A stretch of DNA of 64,000 nt, from assembly GCA_963745075.1 (NCBI GenBank), contig CAVUWV010000008.1:352001-416000 (forward strand), given 5' to 3'. Numbering within the stretch: the first letter of the stretch is position 1; each line of letters opens with the position of its first letter. Below, one piece after another: positions 52,066-62,378 of this stretch. The position numbers and the translations under genes are program-made. The notes below the pieces were generated by a model. It had not been told where the DNA came from. It was given only the letters and a program-made list of their open reading frames with translations, and searched no databases. The stretch comes from Candidatus Hydrogenedentota bacterium (GTDB lineage: Bacteria; Hydrogenedentota; Hydrogenedentia; Hydrogenedentales; SLHB01).

Positions 52066-53111
52066 TTACTCTGAAATCGCCTTTGCGTTCCGTACGTGCG
52101 CGATCGCGTCTTCGTACGAAATGATCCCCTGCATGTACAACTCCTTGACGCTGCGATCCATCGTCACCATGCCTTCCTTGGTGTTCGTCTCCATAATGCT
52201 GTACACCTGATGCGTCTTGCCCTCGCGGATCAAATTCGCCACCGCCGTGTTGTTGATGAGCAGTTCGCACGCCATGATCCGCCCTTCCTCGTCGACCCTT
52301 GGCAACAGCCGCTGCGACATCACCGCCAGCAGCGTCATGCTCAGCATGAAGCGAATCTGCTGCTGCTGCGCCCCCGGGAACACGTCGATGACCCGGTCTA
52401 CCGACTGGATCGCATCATTCGTGTGGAGCGTGGCCAGCACCAGGTGCCCCGTCTCCGCCGCGCGCAAAGCCGCCTGGATCGTCTCCAGATCCCGCATCTC
52501 GCCGATCAGAATCACGTCCGGATCCTGCCGCAGTACATATTTCAGCGCGTTGATGAAGTCCGTCCGTATCCTGCCCGACCTCGCGCTGGTCCACAATGCT
52601 CTTCTTGTGGGTGTGAACGAATTCGATGGGATCCTCGACCGTAATCACGTGGCATTCCCGCGTATTGTTGACCCGGTCGATGATCGAGGCCTGCGTCGTC
52701 GTTTTCCCGTGTCCGGTCGGCCCTGTTACCAGAACCAATCCCTGTTTAGCCTGCGCAAACTTGGACACGACATCCGGCAAACCCAGATCTTCAAGCTGCG
52801 GAATCTCCTCCGGAATCGGGCGAAACGCCGCCGTCACCGCCTGTTTCTGCAAGTACACATTGACACGAAACCGGTGCTTGCGCCCCACCGCCAGCGAGAA
52901 ATCGAGCTCTTTATTCGCTTCAAAGTGCTTCTTCTGCTCCGCAGTCAGCACCGCGTAGATCATCTTCTTCGTTTGTTCCGGAGGTCAGCGAGTCGCCACG
53001 CGTGCGGAAGAGTTTGCCATTCTTGCGGAGGACCGGAGGTGCACCCGCGCTGATCAGCAGATCAGATGCATTTTCCTTGGTCACTAAATCGAAGAGTTGC
53101 TTCAGTTCCAT
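52066..53111 (-). CDS. pilT: Type IV pilus retraction ATPase PilT/PilU; frameshifts near 52980 and 52565
   Basis: GPTGHGKTTT, ITVEDPIEF, LRQDPDVILIGEMRD, AETGHLVLATLHT. Confidence 0.9.
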
Positions 53112-53234
53112 CTCGGTCCTTTCCCGTCGCGCTGCGGAAGATTCTCCAAAACCACCCAATCCCACGTCATCATACCCCAAGCGATGACTCCGCGCAATAG
53201 GGGTGACCACAACCTGTTGTGGTTTGGCAGGAGG

Positions 53235-54107
53235 TCAGTGGATATAGACGACTTCTTCCTCGAGCGTGACCCCAATCGCTCGAAAACCGTCCGCTTGCAT
53301 AAGTCGATGAGCCAGAGGATGTCCGCGCACGTCGCATTGTCCTCATTCATGATGAAATTCGCGTGCAGCGGACTGATGATCGCCCCACCCCGGCGGGTCC
53401 CCTTCAGATCGCAGGACTCGATCAGACCGGCCCGAATGGTCCCCCTCGGGATTCTTGAAAACGCTCCCGCAACACTTGCCCTGCGGCTGCTTCTCCTTGC
53501 GGCGCTGAATGTAGCGGTCGTAGATGGCTTGCTGGTCTTCAGCCGCCCGGCTGAACCGGAACGTGCCCCCTAGAATCAGCGAGCCCCGCGGACAGAACGT
53601 CTGACCCCGGTAGCTGTACAGCGATTCGTCCATCGGAATGCAACGCAGACCCTCCGGCGTCGCCACGTCCACCGACTCCATCAACATGCACGTCGAACCC
53701 TTGTTCGTCCCCGCATTCATATAGATCGCGCCGCCCACCGTGCCCGGAATTCCCGTCAACCCGCCAACGAGGTCGTAGTTGTTCGCCAGCATCACTTCCC
53801 GGACCATCCGGTCCAGCACCACCCCCGCCAGCACGTGGTACCGGTCATCGCCCAGCGCCTCGATGCCGTCCAGCTTCGTCGTGACATAAACGATCCCGTC
53901 GAATCCTTTGTCATCGATCAACACGTTCGACCCGCCGCCCAGCACGATATGCCGATCCGGCTGTTGCGCCATCCACCGGTACGCTTCGCTCGCCTCATCC
54001 AACGTTCGCGGCAACAACGCCACCCGCGCCGGACCCCCCACCTGATACAACGTCAATGGCGCCAGCGGATACTTCTCCATCGCAAATTCAAACGGCAATG
54101 TTTCCAT
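53235..54107 (-). CDS. murB: UDP-N-acetylmuramate dehydrogenase; frameshifted in the 3' part
   Basis: VGGPA, LGGGSNVL, GIPGTVGGAIYMNAG, GSVFKNP; C-terminus VTLEEEVVYIH* in another frame. Confidence 0.9.
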
Positions 54108-54167
54108 GCAGAGAGGATACAGGAAGAACGACAAGAGTTCCCAACGCCAAACAGATCCTCCCTCCCT

Positions 54168-54201
54168 CTCGTGCTCGTACTCGTAATCGTACTCGTAATC
54201 G
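54168..54201. repeat. TCGTAC/TCGTAA hexamer run
   Basis: ctcgtgctcgtactcgtaatcgtactcgtaatcg. Confidence 0.8.
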
Positions 54202-54269
54202 CTCGCCCCCCTTGCGCCATCGGACGCCATCGCGTACGGTTTACCATCAGAAAACGGGGGAGACGCCGC

Positions 54270-55320
54270 ATGCCGAACGAAACCATGACGCCACGCGAAC
54301 GCTGGCGGGCCGTCCTCGATCGCAAACCACCCGACCGCGTGCCCATGGACATCTGGGCCACCGACGAAGCCTGGACCCGCCTCTGCGCCCACCTCGACTG
54401 CGACCGCGCGGAAGTCTGCCGCCGGCTCCACATCGATCTCCCCGTGACGCTTGAACCCACCTACACCGGACCGCCCCTGACCGACGGCCGCGATATGTGG
54501 GGCATGACCTACCGCGACGTCGACTACGGCACCGGCGTCTACGCGGAATGCGCGTCCCACCCCCTGGCCGACTTCACCAGCGTCGACGAAATCGACGCGA
54601 ACTACACCTGGCCCACGGCGGACTGGTTCGACTTCTCCCAACTGCCCGCCATCGTCGAGGCCAACCGCGACCGGCCCATTCGCGGCGGCGGCTCCGAGCC
54701 TTTCCTCGACTACAAAAATCTGCGCGGCGAAATCCAGGCCTTCACCGACCTCCTCGTCAACCCCGACATCGTCCACTACTGCCTCGACAAGATGTTCGAC
54801 GTTCGCCTACGAGATGACGCGCCGCATCTTCGAGACCGTCCCCGGCGCGGTGATGATCACCTACGTCGCCGAAGACCTCGGCGGACAGGACAACCTCATG
54901 TATTCGCCGGACCAGATCCGCGAGTTCTTCCTGCCCGGCATGAAACGCATGATGGACCTCACCCGCGAACACGGTTCCTACGTCTTCCACCACACCGACG
55001 GCGCCGTCCGCGAAATCCTGCCCGACCTCATCGACGCCGGTATCCAGGTCCTCAACCCCATCCAATGGCGCTGCCGCGGCATGGACCGCGAAGGCCTCAA
55101 ACGCGACTTCGGCGACCGCCTCATCTTCCACGGCGCCGTCGACAACCAGCACACCCTCCCCTTCGGCACGCCCGACGACGTCCGCAACGAAGTCCGCGAC
55201 AACCTCCGCATCCTCGGCCACCACGGCGGCTACATCCTCGCCCCCTGCCACAACATCCAGGCCGTCACGCCGCCGGAAAACATCATCGCCATGTACGAAA
55301 CGGGGTATGAAGAGGGCTAA
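54270..55320 (+). CDS. Uroporphyrinogen decarboxylase (URO-D/MtaA-like) family protein; frameshift near 54805
   Basis: MTPRERW...PDRVP, HTDGAV, LNPIQ, GYILAPCHNIQ..TPPENI. Confidence 0.88.
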
Positions 55321-55386
55321 ACCGGAGCCTTTTCTGAAGAAAAGGCTCCCCAGACCCCTTCCAAAAGACTCTTGGTGGCTTGCTTC
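55321..55386. repeat. Palindromic cassette, copy 1 (copy 2 at 57585-57655)
   Basis: ggagccttttctgaagaaaaggctcc-ccagacccc-ttccaaaagactcttggtggcttgcttc. Confidence 0.85.
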
Positions 55387-55463
55387 CAAGAGCGTGGGCA
55401 TGACGATGCCTAATGCGTGAGGTCGATGTCCACCATCGATGTCTTGACCGAAACCGACACCTT

Positions 55464-56565
55464 CTAACCGTACCTCCTCCGCCAAGACTTCCGACTCCCC
55501 CGCCGGGACGTTCGCAAACGCGTAATGCCCCGCATCATCCGTGTGGACCGACTGCCACGTGAACCCTTCACTCCGCAGCAGCACCAGCACGTTTGCCGCG
55601 GTCCCCGTCGCGGGTGACCGTGCCTTCCACGCGGCCACCCGGCGTCAACACGATTCGCGCGACCGCTCCGCCCGCCTTCTTCGTCTTGACCGTGGCGACG
55701 CCCGGCGCGTACCCGGAATGGTATGCGACGATCGACGGCGTCTCGTCCGGTGACGTCTCCACTTCGAACGATCCGTCCGCATCCGTTTCCGCGACTGCGT
55801 AATCCTCGTGATTGCCGCCCGCCGGCGTCATCGCGTCCAACACAATCTTCGCACCCGCGACCGGCTTCCCGTCCCCGTCGACGACCGTCCCCTTGATCAC
55901 CAGCGACCGCACCAGCGGCACCACCATCCCGCCGATTTGCGCGCCGACCTGGTCGTTCGCGAACCGCACCAGAAACGGCTGATACCCCGGCGCGCGAAAC
56001 ACCACCGCCGGTAGCCGCGACTTGTAGACCGGAATCGTGAACCGCCCCTTCGCATCCTCCACGCGCGTCACCGGTCGGTTCGGCGTCCGTCTTCACACCT
56101 CCAACCCGAAACGCCTCCGTGTCCCAGACCTCCGCACAGTCAAACGCCGGTAACGGCCGCCCCGACTCACGGTCTACGACTACCCCCTCGATGGTCACCC
56201 GTTCCGTCATGATTGACGTGACCCCTTCCCACTTGTGCTCCATCCGCGTCGACGCCGTCACGCTGTACTAAGGTCTTCCGCCACCACCGAATACACCCCA
56301 ATCGCGGTGTTCTCATACGCGTACGCCCCGTCCGCATTCGCCGTAACGTGGTTGATCCCCTCCGGCCCGAACACCAACACCGCCGCCCCCGGCACCGGCC
56401 GCTGCTTCCCATCCAACACCTCCCCGCAATCGACACCTGCGTCCGCCCCGCAAACTGCGCCAGCGCGTCCTCCAACCCCGCCGGTTCCGCCGCATCCGAC
56501 ACGGCACACCACCCCACCGCGGCCATCACCGCAACGATCCCTATCCAACATCGCACCAAGTTCAT
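55464..56565 (-). CDS. Exported carboxypeptidase-regulatory-like repeat protein; several frameshifts, 3' end uncertain
   Basis: Signal peptide; IEGVVVDRESGRP, IKGTVVDGDGKPVAGA, TDADGSF across four frames. Confidence 0.65.
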
Positions 56566-56743
56566 CGTCCACCACCCATACCAAGATCTTATCACGCCGC
56601 TCTGTAGCGCAGGCGTCCCGCCTGCATCTTCGCAGGTCTTCATACTACTCCGTCCCGGCAATCTCTGGTCCGCTTGCACCGTCTCTGCTAAACTCAATCG
56701 CGTCGTGCCTCTTCCAACGAAGCACTACACAAGGGGAGCAACC

Positions 56744-57577
56744 ATGATCCGGCTTGGCGCGCCCGTTTTTGGGCGGTTTGAAGATCCGCGCGACTTGGCG
56801 CGGCGGCACCGGCAACTGGGGTACCGTGCCGCGTACGCGCCGGAGATCGATATCGCCGACGAAGAACTCGTCCAAGCCGTGCGCGACGCCTATGCCGCGG
56901 AAGACGTGGTGCTCGCCGAGGTCGGCGCGTGGTGCAACATGCTCGCCGTCGATTCCGCGCAACGCAAGGCGAACCTCGACCACGTCTGCAAATCCCTCGC
57001 CCTCGCCGACGCCCTCGGCGCACGGTGTTGCGTGAACTACCTCGGCACCCGCGATCCCGATTCCGACTACGGTCCCCATCCCGCGAACCTCACAAACCAA
57101 ACCTTCGACCTCGCCGTCGAGACCATTCGGTTCGTCATCGACACCGTCAAACCCTGGTCCGCCCGGTTCTGCCTGGAAATGATGCAGTGGGTCCTGCCCG
57201 ACAGCGCCGCCGCGTACCGCCAACTCATCGACGCCGTAAACCGTCCCGCCTTCGGCGCGCACCTCGATCCCGTGAACATCATCGTGTCGCCGCGCATGTA
57301 TTTCGACACCGGCGCCGTCATCCGGGATTGCTTTCACCAGTTGGGACCGTGGATCGTGTCGTGCCACGCCAAGGACATCGTGTTACACGGCGACCTCGCC
57401 CTGCATCTCGACGAAGTCCGCCCCGGCCTCGGCAACCTCGATTACGCCGCGTACCTCACCGAACTCGCCCGCATGGACGGACCCGCCCCCCTCATGCTCG
57501 AACACCTCGACACCGAAGAAGACTACTGCCTCGCCCGCGACTACATCTTCTCCGTCGCCGCCGGGTTGGAGTTGTAG
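56744..57577 (+). CDS. Sugar phosphate isomerase/epimerase (TIM barrel)
   Basis: LEMM, HLDPVN, HAKD, PGLGNLDY, MLEH. Confidence 0.88.
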   Translation: MIRLGAPVFGRFEDPRDLARRHRQLGYRAAYAPEIDIADEELVQAVRDAYAAEDVVLAEVGAWCNMLAVDSAQRKANLDHVCKSLALADALGARCCVNYLGTRDPDSDYGPHPANLTNQTFDLAVETIRFVIDTVKPWSARFCLEMMQWVLPDSAAAYRQLIDAVNRPAFGAHLDPVNIIVSPRMYFDTGAVIRDCFHQLGPWIVSCHAKDIVLHGDLALHLDEVRPGLGNLDYAAYLTELARMDGPAPLMLEHLDTEEDYCLARDYIFSVAAGLEL

Positions 57578-57584
57578 ATGGAAG

Positions 57585-57655
57585 ACCGGGGGGAACCTTT
57601 TCTGAAGAAAAGGTTCCCCCGGACCCCCTCCAAAAGACTTTTGGTGGCTTGCTTC
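57585..57655. repeat. Palindromic cassette, copy 2
   Basis: gggggaaccttttctgaagaaaaggttccccc-ggacccc-ctccaaaagacttttggtggcttgcttc. Confidence 0.85.
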
Positions 57656-57814
57656 GCAAGCGGACCGACAATGCCGGCTACTTCTTCACCCCCTTCGCGT
57701 CGAGTGTTCACGGTGAAGCCACGAAGAACAGTCCGGCGAGTGTTCATGAAAATGCGCCAAGATGAAGATTCCATGACGACGCGATTCACGCAAATGCACG
57801 ATGCTTCCTTGTAC

Positions 57815-58020
57815 GCGCTGAAAGCGTGAAACAACCCTAGCCCAGGGCAGAGCGAAGCGGCGCCCTGGGCATGCGGCAACCACCCATCTGCGTAGCCCTG
57901 AAAGGGCGAAACAAGAACTACGCGCCGGCTCCTCCAGAGCTATCATCATTCAAAACAACCAAAAACCAGGGACGTCGCTTCACTTTGCCCCTGGCTAGAA
58001 TTGAGCGGCGCTTTCAGCGC
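57815..58020. repeat. MITE/REP-like element with long imperfect inverted ends
   Basis: gcgctgaaagcg...ctagcccagggcagagcgaagcggcgccctgg / ccagggacgtcgcttcactttgcccctggctag...cgctttcagcgc. Confidence 0.75.
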
Positions 58021-58206
58021 CATGATCAAACGATCTTGATCTTGAATCATAGAACGCGGCATCGCGTTCGCTATACTGGCCCCGGACGGGCCGAAGGAAA
58101 CTAGTCACGCCACCGGCCTGATGAAGCCGAAGGCGTAACCCTGGGTCGACAGGCCACCCCAACTCACACAGCCCCCGAACGGGGGCGCAGGAAACCCGCT
58201 TCCCCG

Positions 58207-59179
58207 CTACTTCTTCACCCCCTTCGCGTCAAGCACCTTGCCCCCGGCCCCGATATCGAGCGCCTTGCGCACGGCGAAATAATCCTCCCGCGACAACGTC
58301 TTGCCCAGCGCACCCGCCGCTTCCTCGATCTGGCTCGGCGTCTTGACGCCGCACACGGCCACGTGAATCGCGGGATGCATCAACGTGGCCGCCAGCACCA
58401 ACTGATAGATCGACAACCCGTACTTTTCCGCCAACGGCTGCAACGACTGCACCGCGTCGCAAATCGCTTTGAACCGGTCTCCCTGAAAATCGGGATGATG
58501 CTGCCGGAAATCCGAAAACGCTTCTGTCCCCGTATACTTGCCGGTGAGCAGCCCCTTGTGAAGCGGCGAATAGATCATCACGCCGATGTTCTCCGCCTGG
58601 CAATAGGGGAGGAGGTCCGCCTCGCCCTCCGGCGCGAGCAAACTGTACGCCGGTTGCGCGATGCAATAGTCCGCGAACCGGCGTTGCGCCCGGAACTGTT
58701 CCACGCTGTGATTGCTTACCCCGATGTACCGAATCTTGCCCTCGTCCCGCAGCGCGTTCAGCGTGTCCGCCACGTCCGCCAGCGGCGTGAGTTGGTCGTA
58801 GAAGTGTAATAGCGCCACGTCGACCGTCTCGATGCCCATCCGTTTCAACGACGCCTCGCACCGTTCCCGCAAATATGCCGGCGACAAATCCGGATACCGC
58901 GACGCGTCCGGATTGAAATGATTGAAGAACTTCGTGCAAATCACGATCTCGTCGCGCGGCATCCCCGCAATCGCCTCGCCCAACACCGTCTCCGCGTACC
59001 CGTCGCCGTAGGCGTCCGCCGTGTCGTAAAAGTTGACGCCCCGGTCGAACGCCAGCCGCATCGCGGCAATGGCGTCCTCCTTAGACTGCTCCCCCCAGAA
59101 CCGCGGACTCAACTGCCACGTCCCAAACGCGATTGGGCGAAACCGAAAGCCCGCTGCTGCCAAACGTTACGCGTTCCAT
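58207..59179 (-). CDS. Aldo/keto reductase; frameshift near 59135
   Basis: MERVTFG start in another frame; FYDTADAYG, GKIRYIGVSN, YSPLHKGLLTGKY. Confidence 0.92.
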
Positions 59180-59267
59180 GATCCCCACACTCCTTTCATC
59201 TTCTGCGATCTGTGCGTCCATCGAGAGTAGCCCCGCGATTCCGCGAATGTCTACCCCGCGCCTCTCA

Positions 59268-59412
59268 ATCGTACTTCGTGCTCGCTCTCGTACTCGTACT
59301 CGACAACACCCAAAGTCCTGACCGGTTGAAGAAATGCTGGGCCGGATTAACTGAATCCATTCTTTCACCGCAAGACGATCCGAGTACGAGTACGAAGTAC
59401 GAGAACGAGTAC
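59268..59412. repeat. Inverted TCGTAC-hexamer cassette flanked by direct repeats
   Basis: tcgtgctcgctctcgtactcgtactcg ... cgagtacgagtacgaagtacgagaacgagtacg. Confidence 0.8.
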
Positions 59413-59511
59413 GGAAAGCCGGCGACGATTGCACGAATGTCTACCCCGCACCCCGCCTCCCCACACAAATTTCTTCTTGACAAATAATACTTTGTGTGTC
59501 TAAATAGTGGC

Positions 59512-59856
59512 ATGAAGAACATCCACGGAAACCTCTTGCGCGGCCACCTCGAAGGAATGGTCCTCTCCGTCCTCGAACGGGGCGAAGGCCACGGCTACGA
59601 CATCCTCAAGCGCTTACAGGACTTAGGCCAGGGCGCCCTGACCTTGAAAGAAGGCTCCCTCTACCCGGCCCTCTACCGCATGGAGGAAGCGGGACTCATC
59701 CGCGCGCGGTGGGAAAGCGACACCGCCAAACGCCGAGGTCCTCGCCGCCGGATCTATGCCCTCACGAACAAGGGACGCAAAGAACTGTTGCGCACCCGCG
59801 AGACTTGGCGTGAATTCGCCGGCGTCGTCGGCCGCATCATGGAGGAACCCACATGA
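59512..59856 (+). CDS. PadR family transcriptional regulator
   Basis: LLRGHLE, HGYDI, EGSLYPALYRME, RRIYALT. Confidence 0.94.
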   Translation: MKNIHGNLLRGHLEGMVLSVLERGEGHGYDILKRLQDLGQGALTLKEGSLYPALYRMEEAGLIRARWESDTAKRRGPRRRIYALTNKGRKELLRTRETWREFAGVVGRIMEEPT

Positions 59857-60677
59857 AAGCCTTGCGCATCCACGTCGAACGCATCGTGCGACCCATCCGC
59901 GGAAGCGTGCCGCGCAAAAACAAAATGCGCGAAGAACTCCTGGCCCATCTGACGGCGGCATACGACGACGAGCGCCCCAACGCGAACACAGAAAAGGATG
60001 CCATCGAGCGTGCCAAGCAACGACTCGGCGATCCCCAGGCGCTTCGCGCTGAACTCCAGTCCGCCGTCCCCTGGTACGAGCGGCTCGGGCATACGCGAAT
60101 CCCGATGCGCATGCAGATCTTTGACTACGAACGCTGCACCACCTACGGCTGGCGCGCATCGGCCCGGTTCGCCACGGAGATCATCATTTGTCTCGTCGTC
60201 AGTTCCCCGGTCCTTTTCGCCCTCGGACGTCACGTGTCCCACAACGGGTTACATCGCCCCGTTGCGGCGGCCCACGCGTGCAGCCCGCTGACCATCGCCG
60301 GTTTCTTGGCGTGCCTGTGGGTTTCCCTGTTTGTGACGTTCTGGCTCGGTGATTCAATCGGCGTGCGGAAACGTCTCGCACCATGGAGCAAGACCCCCGC
60401 TCTCATCAAAGCGACGCTGGCCACCCTGAACTGGATGGTCGCCATCGTGTTGTTTTTGACGTTGGCAACCAGATTCGGCGACTTGGTCCAACCACCCAGT
60501 GGTCCGGACAGTACTGCGACAATTCTGCTTGCCGCGTTCTCCGCAATTCCCTACGCACCCTGGATGGGACTGATATTCGTTGTCGGATTGATTCTCTTCA
60601 CAGCGGTCACCATGAATTTCGAACGCCGCCAGTACGAGAATTGGGCCAGCCTCGATATCGAAGCCGACCCCGAATGA
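59853..60677 (+). CDS. PadR-associated membrane protein
   Basis: EELLAHL...AIERAKQRLGDP cytoplasmic prefix followed by four TM segments; ATGA overlap with padR. Confidence 0.8.
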   Translation: MKALRIHVERIVRPIRGSVPRKNKMREELLAHLTAAYDDERPNANTEKDAIERAKQRLGDPQALRAELQSAVPWYERLGHTRIPMRMQIFDYERCTTYGWRASARFATEIIICLVVSSPVLFALGRHVSHNGLHRPVAAAHACSPLTIAGFLACLWVSLFVTFWLGDSIGVRKRLAPWSKTPALIKATLATLNWMVAIVLFLTLATRFGDLVQPPSGPDSTATILLAAFSAIPYAPWMGLIFVVGLILFTAVTMNFERRQYENWASLDIEADPE

Positions 60678-60708
60678 CCCAACCGGCTACCGACGTGCAC
60701 ACAGTTTG

Positions 60709-60786
60709 ATCCGTGTCCGTCCGTGTCCGTCCGTGTCCGTCCGTGTAGGTCCGTGTAGGTCCGTGTTCGTCCCTGCCCGTCCGTGT
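60709..60786. repeat. (TCCGTG/TCCG)n tandem repeat between convergent genes
   Basis: tccgtgtccgtccgtgtccgtccgtgtccg...; short related copy near 63273-63295. Confidence 0.85.
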
Positions 60787-62132
60787 CATGCCCCCTCAAA
60801 TACCCACGGCGCCCGATACTCCACCTTGTTCAACAGCGCCGAGGCCTCATCGTCCCCGACGATCCGCTCCGTGGCCGGGTCCCACGTCAGCGCGCGCCCC
60901 ACGGCATACGACACATACCCCAGGTGACCCGGCGTCACCGAACGATGGGCCGTCTCGGCCGGCGCAATGCACGCTTCACGCGACTTCACGCAATCCACGA
61001 AATTCCGCGCATGCCCCGGCGACGCGTACGCCTTAATCGACCCCGGATCGAAATCCTCTTCGATCCACTTCGGATCCGACGCCTCCAATTTGCCGCGATC
61101 CACCCAAACCCAGCCGTCTTCGCCGATCCACTTCGTGCCGCCACGGTTCTGGCTGGAGATCGTCGACGCAATACCGCCGTCATACGCACACCGAATCTCA
61201 TAGTCCTTCGGCGTGTTGTACACGTCCGTTTCCGGAAAGACCCAGTTCACCGCCTCCACGCGCTTGGGACCGCTCTTGTCCATCCCGATGCCCCAGTGTG
61301 CGATGTCGTTGTGATGGCCGATCCAGTCCATAAGCACCCCGCCGCCGTACGCCGTGTGCCCTCGCCACCACCGGTGATGCCGCGCCCGCATGTACGGCAA
61401 CACCTCGCTCGGCCCGCACCAGAAGTCGTAATCCAGATGATCCGGTGGATCCTGAATCGTCGTGTCGCCCATCGGTTCCGCGTAGCCCGGCGGCAGCCCC
61501 ACCTCGATGTGCTGTACTCTACCGAGGTGCCCGTTCTGCACCAGTTCCACGGCCCGCCGGAACTCGCGACCGGACCGCTGCTGCGACCCCGCCTGAAACA
61601 CCGCCTTGCACGTCGCCGCCGTGCGATAAACCTCTTGCCCCTCCGGGAACCGATGCGTCAACGGCTTCTCGCAATACACGTCCTTGCCGCGTTGCAGCGC
61701 CTCCACCGTACACCGCGCGTGCCAATGATCCGGCGTGGCGACTACCACCACATCTAAATCGTCCCGCGCGCACAGCTCCCGGAAATCCGAATACGTCTGA
61801 ACCACGTGCGGTCCGCCGTCCGGACGTTTTGCGGCATAGTATTTCTCAATGGAAGCTTTGGCGGGTTCCAATCCGTACGCCGTACCATCGCCCCAAGGCT
61901 TGTCACGGTAATGCTTCGTATCCACATCGCACACCGCCACGATCTGCGTGTCCGGTTGCTGGATGAAATCGCCGATGAGATTAAACGCCCGCGAACCGGC
62001 GCCCACGATGCCAACCACGATCCGTTCGCTCGGCGCTGTTCCTTCTTTACCCAACGCCGTCGCCGGGACGATGAAGGGCGCCACCGCCGTCGCGCCTGCT
62101 CCCCGCAGAAACTCTCTTCGCGTCCAATACAT
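60786..62132 (-). CDS. Tat-exported Gfo/Idh/MocA oxidoreductase
   Basis: TRREFL, ATPDHWH, YCEKP, GSQQRS. Confidence 0.93.
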   Translation of the reverse strand: MYWTRREFLRGAGATAVAPFIVPATALGKEGTAPSERIVVGIVGAGSRAFNLIGDFIQQPDTQIVAVCDVDTKHYRDKPWGDGTAYGLEPAKASIEKYYAAKRPDGGPHVVQTYSDFRELCARDDLDVVVVATPDHWHARCTVEALQRGKDVYCEKPLTHRFPEGQEVYRTAATCKAVFQAGSQQRSGREFRRAVELVQNGHLGRVQHIEVGLPPGYAEPMGDTTIQDPPDHLDYDFWCGPSEVLPYMRARHHRWWRGHTAYGGGVLMDWIGHHNDIAHWGIGMDKSGPKRVEAVNWVFPETDVYNTPKDYEIRCAYDGGIASTISSQNRGGTKWIGEDGWVWVDRGKLEASDPKWIEEDFDPGSIKAYASPGHARNFVDCVKSREACIAPAETAHRSVTPGHLGYVSYAVGRALTWDPATERIVGDDEASALLNKVEYRAPWVFEGA

Positions 62133-62188
62133 ATTTGCTTCACCTTCGCGCAATTGCCGATGCGTCTCCCTGCCCGCTTTTCCTCAAA

Positions 62189-62347
62189 GAACATCCCCCT
62201 TATCCCCCTTCAAATGGGGAATCGGCGCGCCTGTTTGGCGGCGCGAATGCGATCGCAAGAGACTCCGTGACTACAGACTGAACTTATCATCACCTGAGAC
62301 TCAGAGTTCCGAACTCCCCCTTTGAAGGGGGATCAAGGGGGATGTTC
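62189..62347. repeat. Inverted palindromic cassette
   Basis: gaacatcccccttatcccccttcaaatgggga ... tccccctttgaagggggatcaagggggatgttc. Confidence 0.8.
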
Positions 62348-62378
62348 TCCGGAAATCTTCCGGTTGTAAGGGTTGCAC

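Noticed and set aside
52066..54107. Programmed frameshifting or true pseudogenes in pilT and murB
   Set aside because: No consistent slippery motif seen and indels are widespread, so sequencing error is more parsimonious
53343..54776. 477-aa murB with a long N-terminal extension
   Set aside because: The extension is antisense to the URO-D gene and crosses a microsatellite; the real start is near 54107
28569..60786. CRISPR array from the short repeats
   Set aside because: Units are 4-10 nt microsatellites or isolated palindromes, with no regular repeat-spacer period and no cas genes
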